DNA from: Mustelus asterias
Lineage: Eukaryota
Length of the DNA: 64,000 nt
Direction: 5' to 3'
NCBI RefSeq assembly: GCF_964213995.1
Contig: NC_135808.1
Location: 34,720,001 to 34,784,000, forward strand
Numbering within the stretch: the first letter of the stretch is position 1; every line of letters starts with the position of its first letter. Below the pieces are notes generated by a model, which saw only the letters and a list, made by a program, of their open reading frames with translations, did no database searches and had not been told where the DNA came from. Below are positions 34,001 to 46,619 of the stretch, piece by piece. The position numbers and the translations under genes are program-made.

Positions 34001-34844
34001 GATGTTGCCTGGTATGGAGGGGCTTGGTTATGAGGAGAGATTGGGGAAACTGGATTTGTTCTCCTTGGAAAGACGGAGGATGAGGGGAGACTTAATAGAG
34101 GTGTATAAAATTATGAAAGGCATAGATAGGGTGAACGGTGGGAAGCTTTTCCCCGGGTCGGTGGTGACATTCACGAGGGGTCATAGGTTCAAGGTGAAGG
34201 GGGGGAGGTTTAACACAGATATCAGAAGGACATATTTTACACAGAGGGTCGTGGGGGCCTGGAATGTGTTGCCGGGCAAGGTGGTGGAGGCGGACACACT
34301 GGGAACGTTTAAGACTTATCTAGACAGCTATATGAACGGAGTGGGAATGGAGGGATACAAAAGAGTGGTCTAGTTGGACCGGGGAGCGGCGCGGGCTAAT
34401 TGTTCCTTGTTTCTCGTTTTAAGGCTTAATTCTATGATGTTCGTGGAAGTGGAAATTACTAGGGTTGGGAAGCATTTTCCGATCAGGGCCATTGTGATCT
34501 CCTGGACTCGTTTCGATCGCCTCAGGGGGTCGGAGAGGAATTTCCCAGATTTTTTTTTCCCCATATTGGCCCTGGGGTTTTTCACTCTGGGTTTTCGCCT
34601 CTCCCTGGAGATCACATGGTCTGGAATGGGGGGGTGGGGGTGAGTTAATAGGTTGTAATGAACAAAGCATCGTAGCTGTGAGGGACAGCTCGGTGGATAG
34701 GATATTGGTATGTAGATAGGCTGGAAAATTGGGCGGGGATCCTGGATTCAGGATTCATTCCTGGACCGGGGAGCGGCGCGGGCTTGGAGGGCCGAGGGGC
34801 CTGTTCCTGTGCTGTATTGTTCTTTGTTCTTTGTTCTTTGTTCT
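31070..34844 (+). mobile_element. Young CR1 LINE: ORF1 3' part (SGNH esterase-like), intact ORF2, extended 3' UTR
   Basis: ORF1 reads IIHIGGNDI...ISGLLP...KGTNIL; 960-aa ORF2; (TTCTTTG)n tail; interrupts an older repeat at 30900-31069 and 34845-35030. Confidence 0.97.
31491..34373 (+). CDS. CR1 ORF2 (APE endonuclease + reverse transcriptase), 960 aa
   Basis: Complete motif set YFNARS, VTETW, GDFNFP, SDHN, GVPQGSVLGP, FADDTK with no stops. Confidence 0.95.
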   Translation: MVAGDELGAGTRLAKKKSTLGEDDLTEPGGLECLYFNARSVAGKTDELGALMRTRNLDVVAVTETWLKEGQDWQLNIPGYKCFRRDRRGAKRGGGVAVLVGEHITAVQREDNSEESCSESLWVELRNRKGAVTMLGVYYRPPNSPREVEEWICQEILDRCRKYRVVVVGDFNFPGIDWKSLRAGTLDGEEFVKCVQEGSLEQYVNSPTREGAILDLVLGNEPGQVFKVLVGEHVANSDHNSVSFRIVMEKDELCPKGKVLDWGKANFVGIRQKLAALDWERLFEGKSTSGMWQSFKERLLGLQDKHVPVKKKDRKGRIREPWITREIEGLVKRKREAYVRSKQLKTEGALEEYIESRKILKRGIRRAKRGHEMFLADRIKENPKAFYSYVRNKRVVREKIGPLRDKSGDLCLEPKEVGEILNEYFASVFTKERDVLTGSVSEGSVEPLEKISITKEEVLGLLENIKTDKSPGPDGIYPRLLRETRGEIVGPLTQIFVSSLDTGEVPEDWRIANVVPLFKKGRKDNPGNYRPVSLTSVVGKLLEKILKDRMYAHLERNKLINDSQHGFVRGRSCLTNLVVFFEEVTKMVDEGRAVDVVYMDFSKAFDKVPHGRLVKKVGSHGIKGEVARWVENWLGHRRQRVVVEGSFSGWRPVTSGVPQGSVLGPLLFVIYINDLEEGVTGVISKFADDTKLAGLADSEEHSQRLQKDIDRLEIWARKWQMEFNPDKCEVMHFGGNNVGRSYTINGRTIKGVETQRDLGVQVHRSLKVTSQVEKVVKKAYGMLAFIGRGIEYKSWGLMLQMYRTLVRPHLEYCVQFWSPHYQKDVEALERVQRRFTRMLPGMEGLGYEERLGKLDLFSLERRRMRGDLIEVYKIMKGIDRVNGGKLFPGSVVTFTRGHRFKVKGGRFNTDIRRTYFTQRVVGAWNVLPGKVVEADTLGTFKTYLDSYMNGVGMEGYKRVV

Positions 34845-36462
34845 AGTGGACCAGATGGGTTTTTCCGACAATCGAAAATGGTTCCATGGTCATCATAAGA
34901 CCTTTAATTCCAGATTTTTATTGAATTCAAATTTCACCATCTGCCGTGGTGGCATTTGAACCCAGATCCCAGAGCATTACCTTGCGTCTCTGGATTACTA
35001 GCCCAGTGACAATACCACTGTGCCATCACTTCTCTGGAAATGTCCATAATCTGCATGCAATTAAATACAATTAATATCAGTGGTGTGGAGGTCCTGTGGT
35101 AGCACTGTTAACACTGGACCAGAAGCTCCGGGTTCAAGTTCAACGCCAGGACTTGTTGGCCACGGCTGGAGAGTTCAACGGCTGATAATCAACTTGGAAG
35201 TTCTTCCACTACTTCCCCCCACTATTCCCCAAAGAGCAAAAAACATTTTATGGACATGAAGATACGCTAAACATACAAAAAATATCAGTGGTCCCATACA
35301 ACACCACCAAAAGATTCACATAAATTGGCTGCTGGATTTTTCAATATTGGATGGGTGGCTAACCTTCAAAAATGATTCACTAAGTGGGAATGTGAATGTA
35401 ATAAACACCTTACAAATGAATATTCGATATTAATATAGTAGCACTGGAAAGCACAGGTACAATCTGGTGTGGGGTCAGACTAGAATTAATATGAGGAGTG
35501 TCTTCCAGGGTGTCCTTCAGTTATAGTACATGCAGGGCCTGGAAATTGTTTACTGCCGAGCCCCTCAGGCTGCAGGCCCCACATGGAATACACATTGCGA
35601 ATGGCAGCAACTTTGAAATTGTATCGAGGCACCTGAGAGTGGGACATGCTATTCTATTCACAATAGAAGCGAATTCTATTGCACTTCCTTAATATTCAAT
35701 TTGAAATGTTTTGCTCTCAGCCTGTATGCCTGATACGGAAATGTATTCTGTAAATATCGAGAATATTAAAATTGTATAGAGTCAAAAAAGTTTAATTTTA
35801 TTGTACTTTCTGTCATTTTCAATGCAAATATTTTGTAATTACGTTAATAAATGACGTATATTTTTGGACAAGCAGATGGAGTGGGGTGAGGTTATTAACA
35901 GTGACTGGAACATTCTAACATTACTACAGACAACAACACAGCAATGCTCTTAGGGTTACTCTTGACAGGGTAACATTTTATTATGAGTTATCATGGGTTG
36001 GAAAGTCCCAAGAACAGAAACCAGTCCTGCAGAGGCCAGAAATACAGGACACGCAACTACAAACCAAGTCAAAGCCCAAATTGGCCAATTAGAATTCAGC
36101 TTTCTGTAGAGTCAACTGTCTCTGGGTGAAGGTGTTGGAATGGTAGTTGTTTTTCTCCATAGAGTAATAGTGTCCCAGCACCATCTGGTAACTCAGTCAT
36201 GAACTACATCACACCTGCTGTACTGCAAAGTTAGAGGAATGGTTAGGATTTAGGATGGGCTATAGACAGGACAGTGCCTCTGTTTGGAGGATACTGAGAG
36301 GGCAAAAGACACTCAGCAGTCACCCCTCCCTCACGGTTTGCCTCTATACTAGCGAATAGGTGAAGGCCACAGAATCTGAGATAGAGGAAGGTGGCATACT
36401 CACAGTGATGGATGTAGGGTTTCAATAGATTGAAAGCAATGCTTCTGGATTGTAAGAAGAGA

Positions 36463-37366
36463 TGTTGTGGAGATGCCGGCGTTGGACTGGGGTAAACACA
36501 GTAAGAAGTCTCACAACACCAGGTTAAAGTCCAACAGGTTTATTTGGTAGCACAAGCACAAGCTTTCAGAGCGCTGTTCCTTCATCAGGTGAGTGGGAGT
36601 TCTGTTCACAAACAGGGCAAATAAGACACAAACTCATTTTACAAAATAATGGTTGGAATGCGAGTCTTTACAGGTAATCAAGTCTTAAAGGTACAGGCAA
36701 TATAAGTGGAGAGAGGGTTAAGCACAGGCTAAAGAGATGTGTATTGTCTCCAGCCAGGACAGTTAGTGAGATTTTGCAAGCCCAGGCATCTCCCTGGGCA
36801 TGGTACATTGGGGAGACCATGCAGACGCTACGACAACAGATGAATGAACACCGCTCGACAATCACCAGGCAAGAGTGTTCTCTTCCTGTTGGGGAACACT
36901 TCAGCGGTCACGGGCATTCGCTCTCTGATCTTCGGGTAAGCATTCTCCAAGGCAGCCTTCATGACACACGACAACGCAGAGTCGCTGAGCAGAGACTGAT
37001 AGCCAAGTTCCACATACATGAGGACAGCCTCAACCGGGATCTTGGGTTCATGTCACACTATCTGTAACCCCCACAACTTGCCAGGGCTTGCAAAATCTCA
37101 CTAACTGTCTTGTCTGGAGACAATACACATCTCTTTAACCTGTGCTTAACCCTCTCTCCACTCACATTGTCTGTACCTTTAAGACTTGATTACCTGTAAA
37201 GACTCGCTTTCCAACCACTATTTTGTAAATTGAGTTTGGGTCTTTATATACCCTGTTTGTGAACGGAACTCCCACTCACCTGATGAAGGAGCAGCGCTCT
37301 GAAAGCATGTGGCTTGTGCTACCAAATAAACCTGTTGGACTTTAACCTGGTGTTGTGAGACTTCTT
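36463..37366 (+). mobile_element. 5'-truncated Penelope-like element (GIY-YIG C-terminus) with inverted pseudo-LTR
   Basis: WYIGETMQTLRQQMNEH...VGEHF in ORF 36744-37067; ~36500-36787 is the inverted copy of ~37075-37366; 13-bp TSD ATTGTA(A/G)GAAGAG at 36449-36461 and 37367-37379. Confidence 0.9.
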
Positions 37367-37469
37367 ATTGTAGGAAGAGCACAGATATGTTTTAATGACC
37401 CCAGTGACGTCGCCTCAGTGCCCTTTCCCATTCCAGATGTTTATTAATGACCCCAGTGTCCTGGCCTCA

Positions 37470-40275
37470 AGCGATGATAAAACCAGCACCCTTAATACCC
37501 ATTCCAGCATTTAAGGAGCCATTTATAAGAGTCTTAATTAAAACAAAAAGTGGGATTCAATATCTATTGAGTATAATGGATGTGTCTACCAGGTTTCCAG
37601 AGCCATTCCATTATGCAATATTACAGCCAAAGGATTATAGAGAAGTTACTTAAATGTTTTACTACATATTGCTGTTTGTAATATATATAAATGATTTGGA
37701 GGAAAATGTAACTGGATTGATTAGTAAGTTTGTGAATGACACAAAGATTGGTGGATTTGCAGATAGCGATGAGGACCATCAGAGGATACAGCAGGATATA
37801 GATCAGCTGGAGACTTGGGCGGAGACATGGCAGATGGAGTTTAATCCGGACAAATGTGAGGTAATGCATTTTGGAAGGTCTAATACAGATAGGAAATATA
37901 CAGTAAATGGCAGAACCCTTAAGAGTATTGATAGGCAAAGGGATCTGGGTGTACAGGTACACAGGTCACTGAAATTGGCAATGCAGGTGGAGAAGGTAGT
38001 CAAGAACGCATATGGCATGCTTGTCTTCATCGGCCGGGGTATTGAGTTTAAAATTTGGCAAATCATGTTGCAGCTTTATAGAACTTTAGTTAGGCCACAC
38101 TTGGAATATAGTGTTCAGTTCTGGTCGCCACACTACCAGAAGGATGTGGAGGCTTTGGAGAGGGTACAGAAAAGATTTACCAGGATATTGCCTGGTATGG
38201 AGGGCATTAGCTATGAGGAGAGGTTGGAGAAACTTGGCTTGTTCTCACTGGAGCGATGGAGGTTGAGGGGACACCTGATAGCAGTCTACAATGAAATTGA
38301 TGAAATTCAACGTGGGCAAGTGCGAGGTCGTACACTTTGGAAAAAAGAATAGAGGCATGGACTATTTTCTAAACGGTGACAAAATTCATAATGCTAAAGT
38401 GCAAAGGGACTTGGGAGTCCTAGTCCAGGATTCTCTAAAGGTAAACTTGCAGGTTGAGTCCGTAATTAAGAAAGCAAATGTAATGTTGTCATTTATCTCA
38501 AGAGGCTTGGAATACAAAAGCAGGGATGTACTTCTGAGGCTTTATAAAGCACTGGTTAGGCCCCATTTGGAGTACTGTGAGCAATTTTGGGCCCCACACC
38601 TCAGGAAGGACATACTGGCACTGGAGCGGGTCCAGCGGAGATTCACACGGATGATCCCAGGAATGGTAGGCCTGACATACGATGAACGTCTGAGGATCGT
38701 GGGATTATATTCATTGGAGTTTAGGAGGTTGAGGGGAGATCTGATAGAAACTTACAAGATAATGAACGGCTTAGATAGGATGGACGTAGGGAAGTTGTTT
38801 CCATTAACAGGGGAGACTAGGACGCGGGGGCACAGCCTTAGAATAAAAGGGAGTCACTTTAGAACAGAGATGAGGAGAAATTTCTTCAGCCAGAGAGTGG
38901 TGGGTCTGTGGAATTCATTGCCACAGAGGGCTGTGGAGGCCGAGACGTTGAGCGTCTTCAAGACAGAAATTGATAAATTCTTGATTTCTCGAGGAATTAA
39001 GGGCTATGGGGAGAGAGCGGGTAAATGGAGTTGAAATTAACCATGATTGAATGGTGGAGTGGACTCGATGGGCCGAATGGCCTTACTTCCGCTCCTATGT
39101 CTTATGGTCTTATACAAGATTATGAGAGGCATGGACAGAATGGATAGTCAGAAGCTTTTTCCCAGAGTGGAAGAGTCAATTACTAGGGGGCATAGGTTTA
39201 AGGTTTAAAGGAGATGTCTGAGGCAGATTTTGTACACAGAGAGTAGTGAGTGCCTGGAACTCATTGCCGGGGTAGGTAGTGGAAGTGGATACGGTAGTGA
39301 CTTTTAAGGGGCATCTTGACAAGTACATGAATAGGATGGGAATAGAGGGATATGGTCTCTGGAAGAGTAGGGGGTTTTAGTTAAGTCGGGCAGCATGGTC
39401 GGTGCAGGCTTGGAGGGCCGAAGGGCCTGTTCCTGTGCTGTAATTTTCTTTGTTCTTTGTTCTATATGGACTACCCACAGATCAAGGATCAAATTTTACA
39501 TCAATGTTGTTCAAGGAAGTTATGGATAGCTTAGGAATAAAACAATTTAAATCAACTGTGTACCATCCAGAATCACAGGGAGGGTTAGAGCGGTGACATC
39601 AAACTTTAAAGACAATATTATGGGCTCATTGTCAAGGTTATCCAAAGGATTGGGATAAAGGAATTCCATTTGTAATCCTTACAGTTAGGGATGCACCTAA
39701 TGAGTCAACCAAATTCAGTCTATTTGAATTGATTTTTGGTCATGAGGTAAGAGGACCATTTAAATCGATTAAGGAGAATTTGGTGAGTGAGCATTCTGAG
39801 ACTACATTATTGGACTATGTGTCAAATTTTAGGGAAAGGTTGAATAGAGCAGGTAAATTGGTTAGACAACATTTAAAAGGGGCACAGCATGTGATGAAAC
39901 AGGAAGTGAATAAGAAATCAAAAATTCGTAGTTTTGCGAGTGGGGATAAAGTCTTAGTACTGGTACCATTGGTAGGTGAATCTTTAAAAGCAAGGTTTAG
40001 TGGGCCCTGTCAAATTGAAAGGAAATTGAGTGAGGTGAATGATTTGATAAGTGTGCCAAACAGAAGGAAAATTCACCGAGTGTGTCATGTGAATATGTTT
40101 AAAAGGTATTTTGATAGGGAAGGAAAGCAGAAGGATTGAAGCTCCCTAGTGGATCATTTGAATCATACTTGAAGTGAAACATCTTATGCTTACCCGTAAC
40201 AAATTCAAAGTGCAAAACCTAAGGTCCAGGGTGACTTCATAAAATACCTTAGAGTTTCTGACCTGGATTGTAACA
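37470..40275 (+). mobile_element. Gypsy integrase fragment hosting two nested CR1 fragments
   Basis: YLLSIMDVSTRFPE (37447-37653), YHPESQG.LER (~39560) and FGHEVRGP...HVNMFKRY (39729-40139); ends TGTAACA. Confidence 0.85.
37668..39463 (+). mobile_element. CR1 3' fragment containing a second CR1 (38292-39112)
   Basis: ORF 37654-38352 is broken at TACAA, which recurs at 39113; the inner copy is ORF 38291-39034 with its own tail. Confidence 0.9.
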
Positions 40276-40799
40276 AATGACTCCAGTGTCCTGGCCTCAG
40301 TGCCCTTTCCTATTCCAGATGTTTATTAACTATTTATTAAATGGCCTCAGTGCCCTTTCCCATTCCAGATGTTTATTAACTATTTATTAAATGGCCTCAG
40401 TGCCCTTTCCCATTCCAGATGTTTATTATTGACCCCAGTGTCCCGGCCTCAGTGCCCTTTCCCATTCCAGATGTGCAGTGGATAGGCCTTGCTGCTGAGC
40501 AATTGTGGAGAATGGAAGTTGAATGTAACTGCTGATTATTGCAGATAATGACAGCTGCCAGGTTAGCAGGCACACACTAGCAGCACCGTTCAGTGACCAC
40601 CTCCCAGTGATGCAGAGCCACTGAACACACTGGTTGGGGGATCCCTAAGAAACCTGGGTGGGCCTCCTGGTGAGAGCCCTCCAGCTCCTCATCCTCTCTA
40701 TGAGCAGCTTGTCTACTCTGCTGTCTCTTCTCCCTCTCCCTCTGGTTCTGCAGCCTAAGGGGAACTGAACCCAAGCCCACATCAGAGCGGTGGGAGTTA

Positions 40800-41499
40800 T
40801 TCAAAAATGAAATAGAGAGAGTACAGGGCCAACATGGTCCCGTAAAGATAAAGGGTGAGACAACAGATCCAGAAAAACCTGGATGTCGAGGATTGGATTG
40901 GTAAGGAAAAAAAGAGAGGCTTATGACAAATACAAGAGATTAAAAACATTGGATGCTCGAGGGGAGTATAGAAAATGCAGGGCAGGGAAGTATTTTAAAA
41001 AGAAATTAGGAGAGTAAAGAGACACATGAAAAACCCTGGCAGCAAAACAAAGGAAAATCCCAAGGTGTTTGATAAGTATATTGAGGAATAGTGGGTAACC
41101 AGGGAAAGAGGAGGGCCCATTAGGGACCAAAATGGCAACAAGTGTGTAAAGGCAAAAGACGTAGGTGGTGTATGAACTGCGTATTTTGCATCTCTGTTCA
41201 CTATGGAGAAGGATGATATTGGTGTAGAAAGCAGGGAGGTAGGCTGTAATAAATTGAAGAGGTTAACTTTGAAAAGGAAGAGGTGTTCGTGGTTCTAATG
41301 GTCTTAAAAATGGATAAACCTCCAGGCCCAGATGAGATGTATTCTGGGCTGCTGTGTGAGGCAAGGGAGGAGATTGCTCTGAAACTAATTTTCAAATCCT
41401 GTCCGGCCATAGGAGAGGTGCCAGAGGACTGGAGGACAGTTAATGTGGTACCATTGTTCAAGAACGGAATTAGGGAAAAAGCAGGAAATTAAAGACCAG
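40800..41499 (+). mobile_element. Degenerate CR1 internal fragment
   Basis: DKPPGPDEMY...EVPEDWRTVNVVPLFK. Confidence 0.8.
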
Positions 41500-44400
41500 T
41501 GGGCAGTATTTTCCCAAAATGAGGCTAAATGTCAATTTTGGCCTGAAAACTAGTGTTAATCCCGCCAGCTCGATCCAAACTGTAATGAAAGATGCTTTAA
41601 AAAAAGCTATTCCCACATGAAAATAAGCTGCACCAGAGGCACAATGTTTCAGAGTCGCCCCCTCCGGGGGTCATCTGAGCAGTTCACTCTCGGGGGTGCT
41701 GCATTTAAACAGCTCCAGAGCACTTACTCACAGTCAACCCAAGAGGATGGAAGCAAGAAAACCAGCTCCAAAGATCACAGAGGGGGCCTCCACACGAATG
41801 TTAGATGCTGTGGAGGAGTGAAAGGAAATATCTGCTCTAAGGTGGGCAGGAGATCCTCCAGTAAGGTCACCAACCCCACATGGGAGACTGTGGCTGCACT
41901 GGTGAGTGCCAGCACCTTCCACAAGAGGACAGAGGTTCAATGCCAGAAGAAAATGAACGATCTTCTCTGTGCTACCAGTTGCTTCTTGTCTTCTGTCACC
42001 ACCCTCTCTCTCTCAGAAACCCCTCACCATGCCACATGGACCACATGCTGCCACCTTGCTGTGCTCCACCACCTGACCTCCCGCACACTTCCTCATCTCC
42101 CCGAGGCTTCTCTCCTCATCATCCATCCTGACTCACACACACAGCGCCCACACATGCCAGGCATCACTGCCATCTGACCCTGCACACAGCCTACTAACAT
42201 CATTCCCATCTGTCTCCCTGCAGGATAAACTTGCTCATAACCGCCATGAGCGAGAAAAGATGGGGGATGGCAGGGCAGAGCCAAGGATCCTGACTCCTTT
42301 CGAGGAGCGCGCACTGGAGCTCGTAAGGGGGGAGCGGGAGCGGGACTGGGCCTGAGAGAGAGAAAAGTGAGGAGCCTCTGCCTTTCATCCGTCTTCCCAA
42401 ACTCACGTGAGTTCTGTCTCTCCCAGACCATGCACTAATCACATGTCCCTTTCCTTACAGGAAAATTACCCGAGCAGTGTGTCCCCTCCACCTGCAGGGA
42501 TCCTGCGCCAAGCCAGGAACAGCCTACTGAGGAGATGTCACTGGAGCACACTGAAGAGGTATCACAGCTGCACCCTCCGCCAGCACAGAGACAGACACTT
42601 CCATGAGCAATCATAGCAGGCAGGCTTCAGAGTGAACAGCTTACTGCATCCGATCCACATCAGGTGGAGGCTGGAACATTCCAGGGATTAGATAGTCAGA
42701 GGTCTGCTGGATCCTAGGACTCAGCTGTGCCCCAGGCAGGTGCTGTACCTCAGGACACATTCATCCCTCATCTGCTAGAGATGCAAAGTCAGAGCCGGGA
42801 ATAACAGGAAGTGGTGTCAGCGACACTCCTGAGATTGCAGGGCCAAATGGAGGAGTCCCAGGCCTTTTCTTACAGGATATTTTGCCGGCAATGCGAGGCA
42901 CCCGGGCCAAAACTGCAAGAGTGGTGTCCGCAGTGGAGAGCCTGGGCTTGTAGTCAGATCCATGGTACGAAGTATCTAAAGCTTGGCTCAGTCCACGAGC
43001 TCCATGGTTCAGGCATTGAACTCAATGGTTCAGGGCATCAACCAGGTGGTGCAGACACTGGTGGCAATCTAAGAGTGCCAGCGTCAGAGGACATTGAGGT
43101 TTCTGGATTTCAGTCCAGCTGCCTTTCTATCCCATGGAGTGACCCAGAGGCCCATGAGGGCCCAAAGGGAGGAGGCTCCACTGGTGCACAGCCTTCTACC
43201 CAGGAGACCCCGGGAGTGTCCAGTCCATCTGACTTCCCGCTTCCAGAAACCTCTCTATGAGATGAAGTAATCTCAGTGCAAGTGTTCCACTCGCATTGAC
43301 AGGACACAGTAATGCAACAGGGAATCCTCTGACTGAACCCCAAATCCCTGAGATAGCATCAGGAGAGACGACTGACCCCGCATCATCGCGATGAGATGAC
43401 CCAGGCACGAGGGAGTCAGCGAGCTGCCATCAGACAGGCAACAGTCAGACTTTAGCAGAGTCTCTGAGGGGCATCACAGGCTACTCCTCACTGCGGGTCA
43501 TCTTCATCCCTCTGCATTGATGGGATTCCCCATTACCAGCTTCCTGAGTTGTGACTCCTCACAACCTCCACTCCCCCCTGCCCCCCCCACCCCATCCTGA
43601 AGGGGTAACCAAGTGTCTACCCTAATCTTCGCCCTCCAGAAACCACGGAGTGATTTGGGTGTCTCTAGCCTTCCTGCCATGCGCACCCTTGCCCCTGCCT
43701 GGCTGCCTTCCTCCGCTTCCTGTGGAGATTCCTCCTCTACTTCCACCTCATCCGAGGAGACTGCCCGCTCCTTCAGGTCCTCTGCTGATAACTCCTCAAG
43801 GTTGTGGACGGAGCAGCAGACTAGCACAATGCAGGAGACCCTCCGGGGGCGATACTGTAGGGCTCCACGTGGCCTGTCCAGGCAGCGAAGCACATCTTGA
43901 GGAGGCTGATGGTCTTCTCAGTCACTGCGTGAGTCACAGTGTGTACCTTGTAACTGCTCTCCACAGCAGTCTGTGGCCTCCGCCTTGGCATCATCAGCCA
44001 TGCCCTGAGGGAGATATTCCTTGTCCCCGAGGAGCCATCCCTGAAGCATTGAGTATCCCTCGCAAGTTCCGGGATCTGGGACTAGCCAAGAATGAAGCTG
44101 TTGTGGACACTCCCCAGGAAACTGGCACACAGCTGCATTATCCATCTAATGTGCTCACAGACCAGCGGCACATTCAGGAAGTGGAAATCCTTTCAGTTAA
44201 TGAATGGTCATGAGACTCCCTGGTGCCATGGGGCGCAGAGAGGCACATGGGTGAAGTCAATTGCCCCGGCACCTGTGGCAGACCAGCTATCTGCCCGAAC
44301 CCTGAGGAACATTCATCCTGGCTGGCTTGGTCGAGGTCAAAATGAATATAGTCCCTCACCCGGGAATAAAGAACATCCAAAACCCCATGGATGCACTTCT

Positions 44401-46600
44401 GGGAGGATGCCTGCAAGATTCCACACAGGTTCCCCATGGAGTCCTGGAAATATTCAGAGCTACTGTGGCCTTCACGGCCACAGGCAGAAGGTACCCTTCT
44501 GAACCGCATGATGCCAAGTCTGTGAGGCAAAGGTGGCAAATGTGTCTCACTGTCTGCTTGGTCAGCCGGAGACTCTGGCAGCACATGCTGTTGGTGAACT
44601 CCATGAAGGAGAGCCGAGGATGGTAGACTCTTGGCTGACACCTGCATCTTCAAGCTTGCTCTCCGGCGAGTGGGGCCTCCTGGTCATCATGGTGACACTC
44701 CAGTGTCAGTGCAGCCGCACGTTGATGCTGGAGCCTCTCCTTGTCTCTCATTGTGCTCAATATCATTGCTCGCTCCAATGGCTCCATCGGAGTAGAGAGA
44801 GTGAGGTTTGTGATCCAACATCGTTTCCATCCCTTGACCCATTGGCTACCTTGACCTGGAAGCATCAAGTTCAGAAAAATCATTTGCAGTGCTCGCACAC
44901 ACACTTATATCAATTGCCCCCCTGCCCTCCCCCCCCCTCCCCCGCCGTCGACCCCCTCCCCCTGCCCTCCCCCGCCGTCGACGCACCCCCCCACCACCCC
45001 TGAATTTGCCCTCACCCACTCTGACTTGCAGCTGGCCCTCTGCCTGCAGCTGCTTTTCCTTGAGCATGGGGCCACTTGAGGATCTCTCAGGAGGGACCAT
45101 TGCACCTGGACATGGGTATCTGGGCAGTGAGGTGTGCTTTGGCAGGTGTGGACGGACTGGGGGGACGGGAAGGGGGATGGGGGGATGGGGAGGGGGATGG
45201 GGGGACGGGGAGGGGGATGGGGGGACGGGGAGGGGAACGGGGGGCACAGGAATTGTATGTGCAGGCGCTGCGGACCCCGGGGAGATGTGAGCCCCCTTGG
45301 CCCTTGTTCTCGAGGCACTCGCTGGCAGCCCTGACTCCTAAAGCTGAGTCTCAGCCTCGGATCTGGCACTGTGGGAAGCTGATGGTGCGAAGGGCCAACT
45401 CCTGAGGTCCAGTCAGTATAACGAGCATACTAACTGGGCATGATTGGTCCCTCTTCAGGGATTGGCTGTGCTAATAGGCACCCTGCTATCTCCAGCGGCA
45501 GATACCAGGGAGCTCATTGCTGCCATCCCTCCAAACTTAAAATCACCGCACCGTCAATACTCACCTGCAGCCAGTAACCCCCCCACCCTGTACCCTCCCC
45601 CCATACCCCCCACCCCCCCCCCCACCCTGCACCCTCCCCCCAACCCCACATCCCCCCCTCACCCCCACCCTGCACCCTCCCCCCATCCCCACATCCCCCC
45701 CTCACCCCCACCCTGCACCCTCCCCCCATCCCCACCCCCACACCCTCCCCTCACCCCCACCCCCACCCTGCACCCTCCCCCATCCCCACCCCCACATCCC
45801 CCCTCACCCCCACCCCCACCCTGCACCCTCCCCCCATCCCCACATCCCCCCCTCACCCCCACCCTGCACCCTTCCCCCATCCCCACCCCCACATCCCCCC
45901 CTCACCCCACCCCCACCCCCACCCTGCACCCTCCCCCCATCCCCCCACCCCCACCCTGCACCCTCCCCCCATCCCCACCCCCACATCCCCCCCTCACCCC
46001 CACCCCCACCCTGCACCCTCCCCCCATCCCCACATCCCCCCCTCACCCCCCCTGCACCCTCCCCCCATCCCCACCCCCACACCCTCCCCTCACCCCCACC
46101 CCCACCCTGCACCCTCCCCCATCCCCACCCCCACATCCCCACCCTCCACATGCAGGGAGCTTCAAGTAACATTTCTTTTGTGGGATCGCAACCAGCCTGC
46201 CAATCAGCTCAGGCTGCATGGCACTGAACACATTCCCGACCCCCGACCTCAACCTCAAAAACCCCCACAAACAGAGTCAGCTCGCACTGACTTACTCACC
46301 ACCAACAACAGACTCATTTTCCACCAAGTGCAAACTTACTGACCCCTGTGAGTAACGTCAATCACCCCGACAGCTGCCCTCTTGGTTTTCAACCCCCTCC
46401 CTGGGCTGGCCAGGGCCCTCTCTCCCCTTGAACCGCCTGGTGCTCCAGGGAGACATTTGTGCTCAGCTCCATTTTTAAACAGCAGCCGTGATTCGCGGCA
46501 GTCACGGCTGATGGGTGGGAAGATAAGTTGAGGGTGGAAGATGCAGTGTGAAGGCCGCTAAGTAATGTATTCTAATCCGCGCTAATCAGACTCGCACCCT
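41500..46600. mobile_element. Degenerate autonomous-type Harbinger/PIF transposon (Myb-like gene +, DDE transposase -)
   Basis: + strand WETVAALVSA...RTEVQCQKKMNDL; - strand LRLTKQTVRHIC...LPVAVKATVALN, GWLLGDK and RCLDRPRGALQY...IVLVCCSVHNL; TIR-like start GGGCAGTATTTTCCC. Confidence 0.85.
45577..46148. repeat. C-rich low-complexity minisatellite
   Basis: Recurrent CACCCTGCACCCTCCCCCCATCCCCAC and CACATCCCCCCTCACCCC units. Confidence 0.9.
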
Positions 46601-46619
46601 TGCTGCGTGTGAACCTGAT

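Larger units (their letters stand above)
37393..40472. repeat. Minisatellite (core GCCTCAGTGCCCTTTCCCATTCCAGATGTTTATTA) split by a Gypsy insertion
   Basis: Units at 37393-37470 and 40276-40472. Confidence 0.75.

Noticed and set aside
35914-35975. Possible beta1 exon end or short leader (MLLGLLLTG)
   Set aside because: Wrong W-to-C spacing, in-frame stops and no suitable splice phase.
45444-46169. Proline-rich extensin-like protein
   Set aside because: Translation of a C-rich minisatellite; open in several frames.
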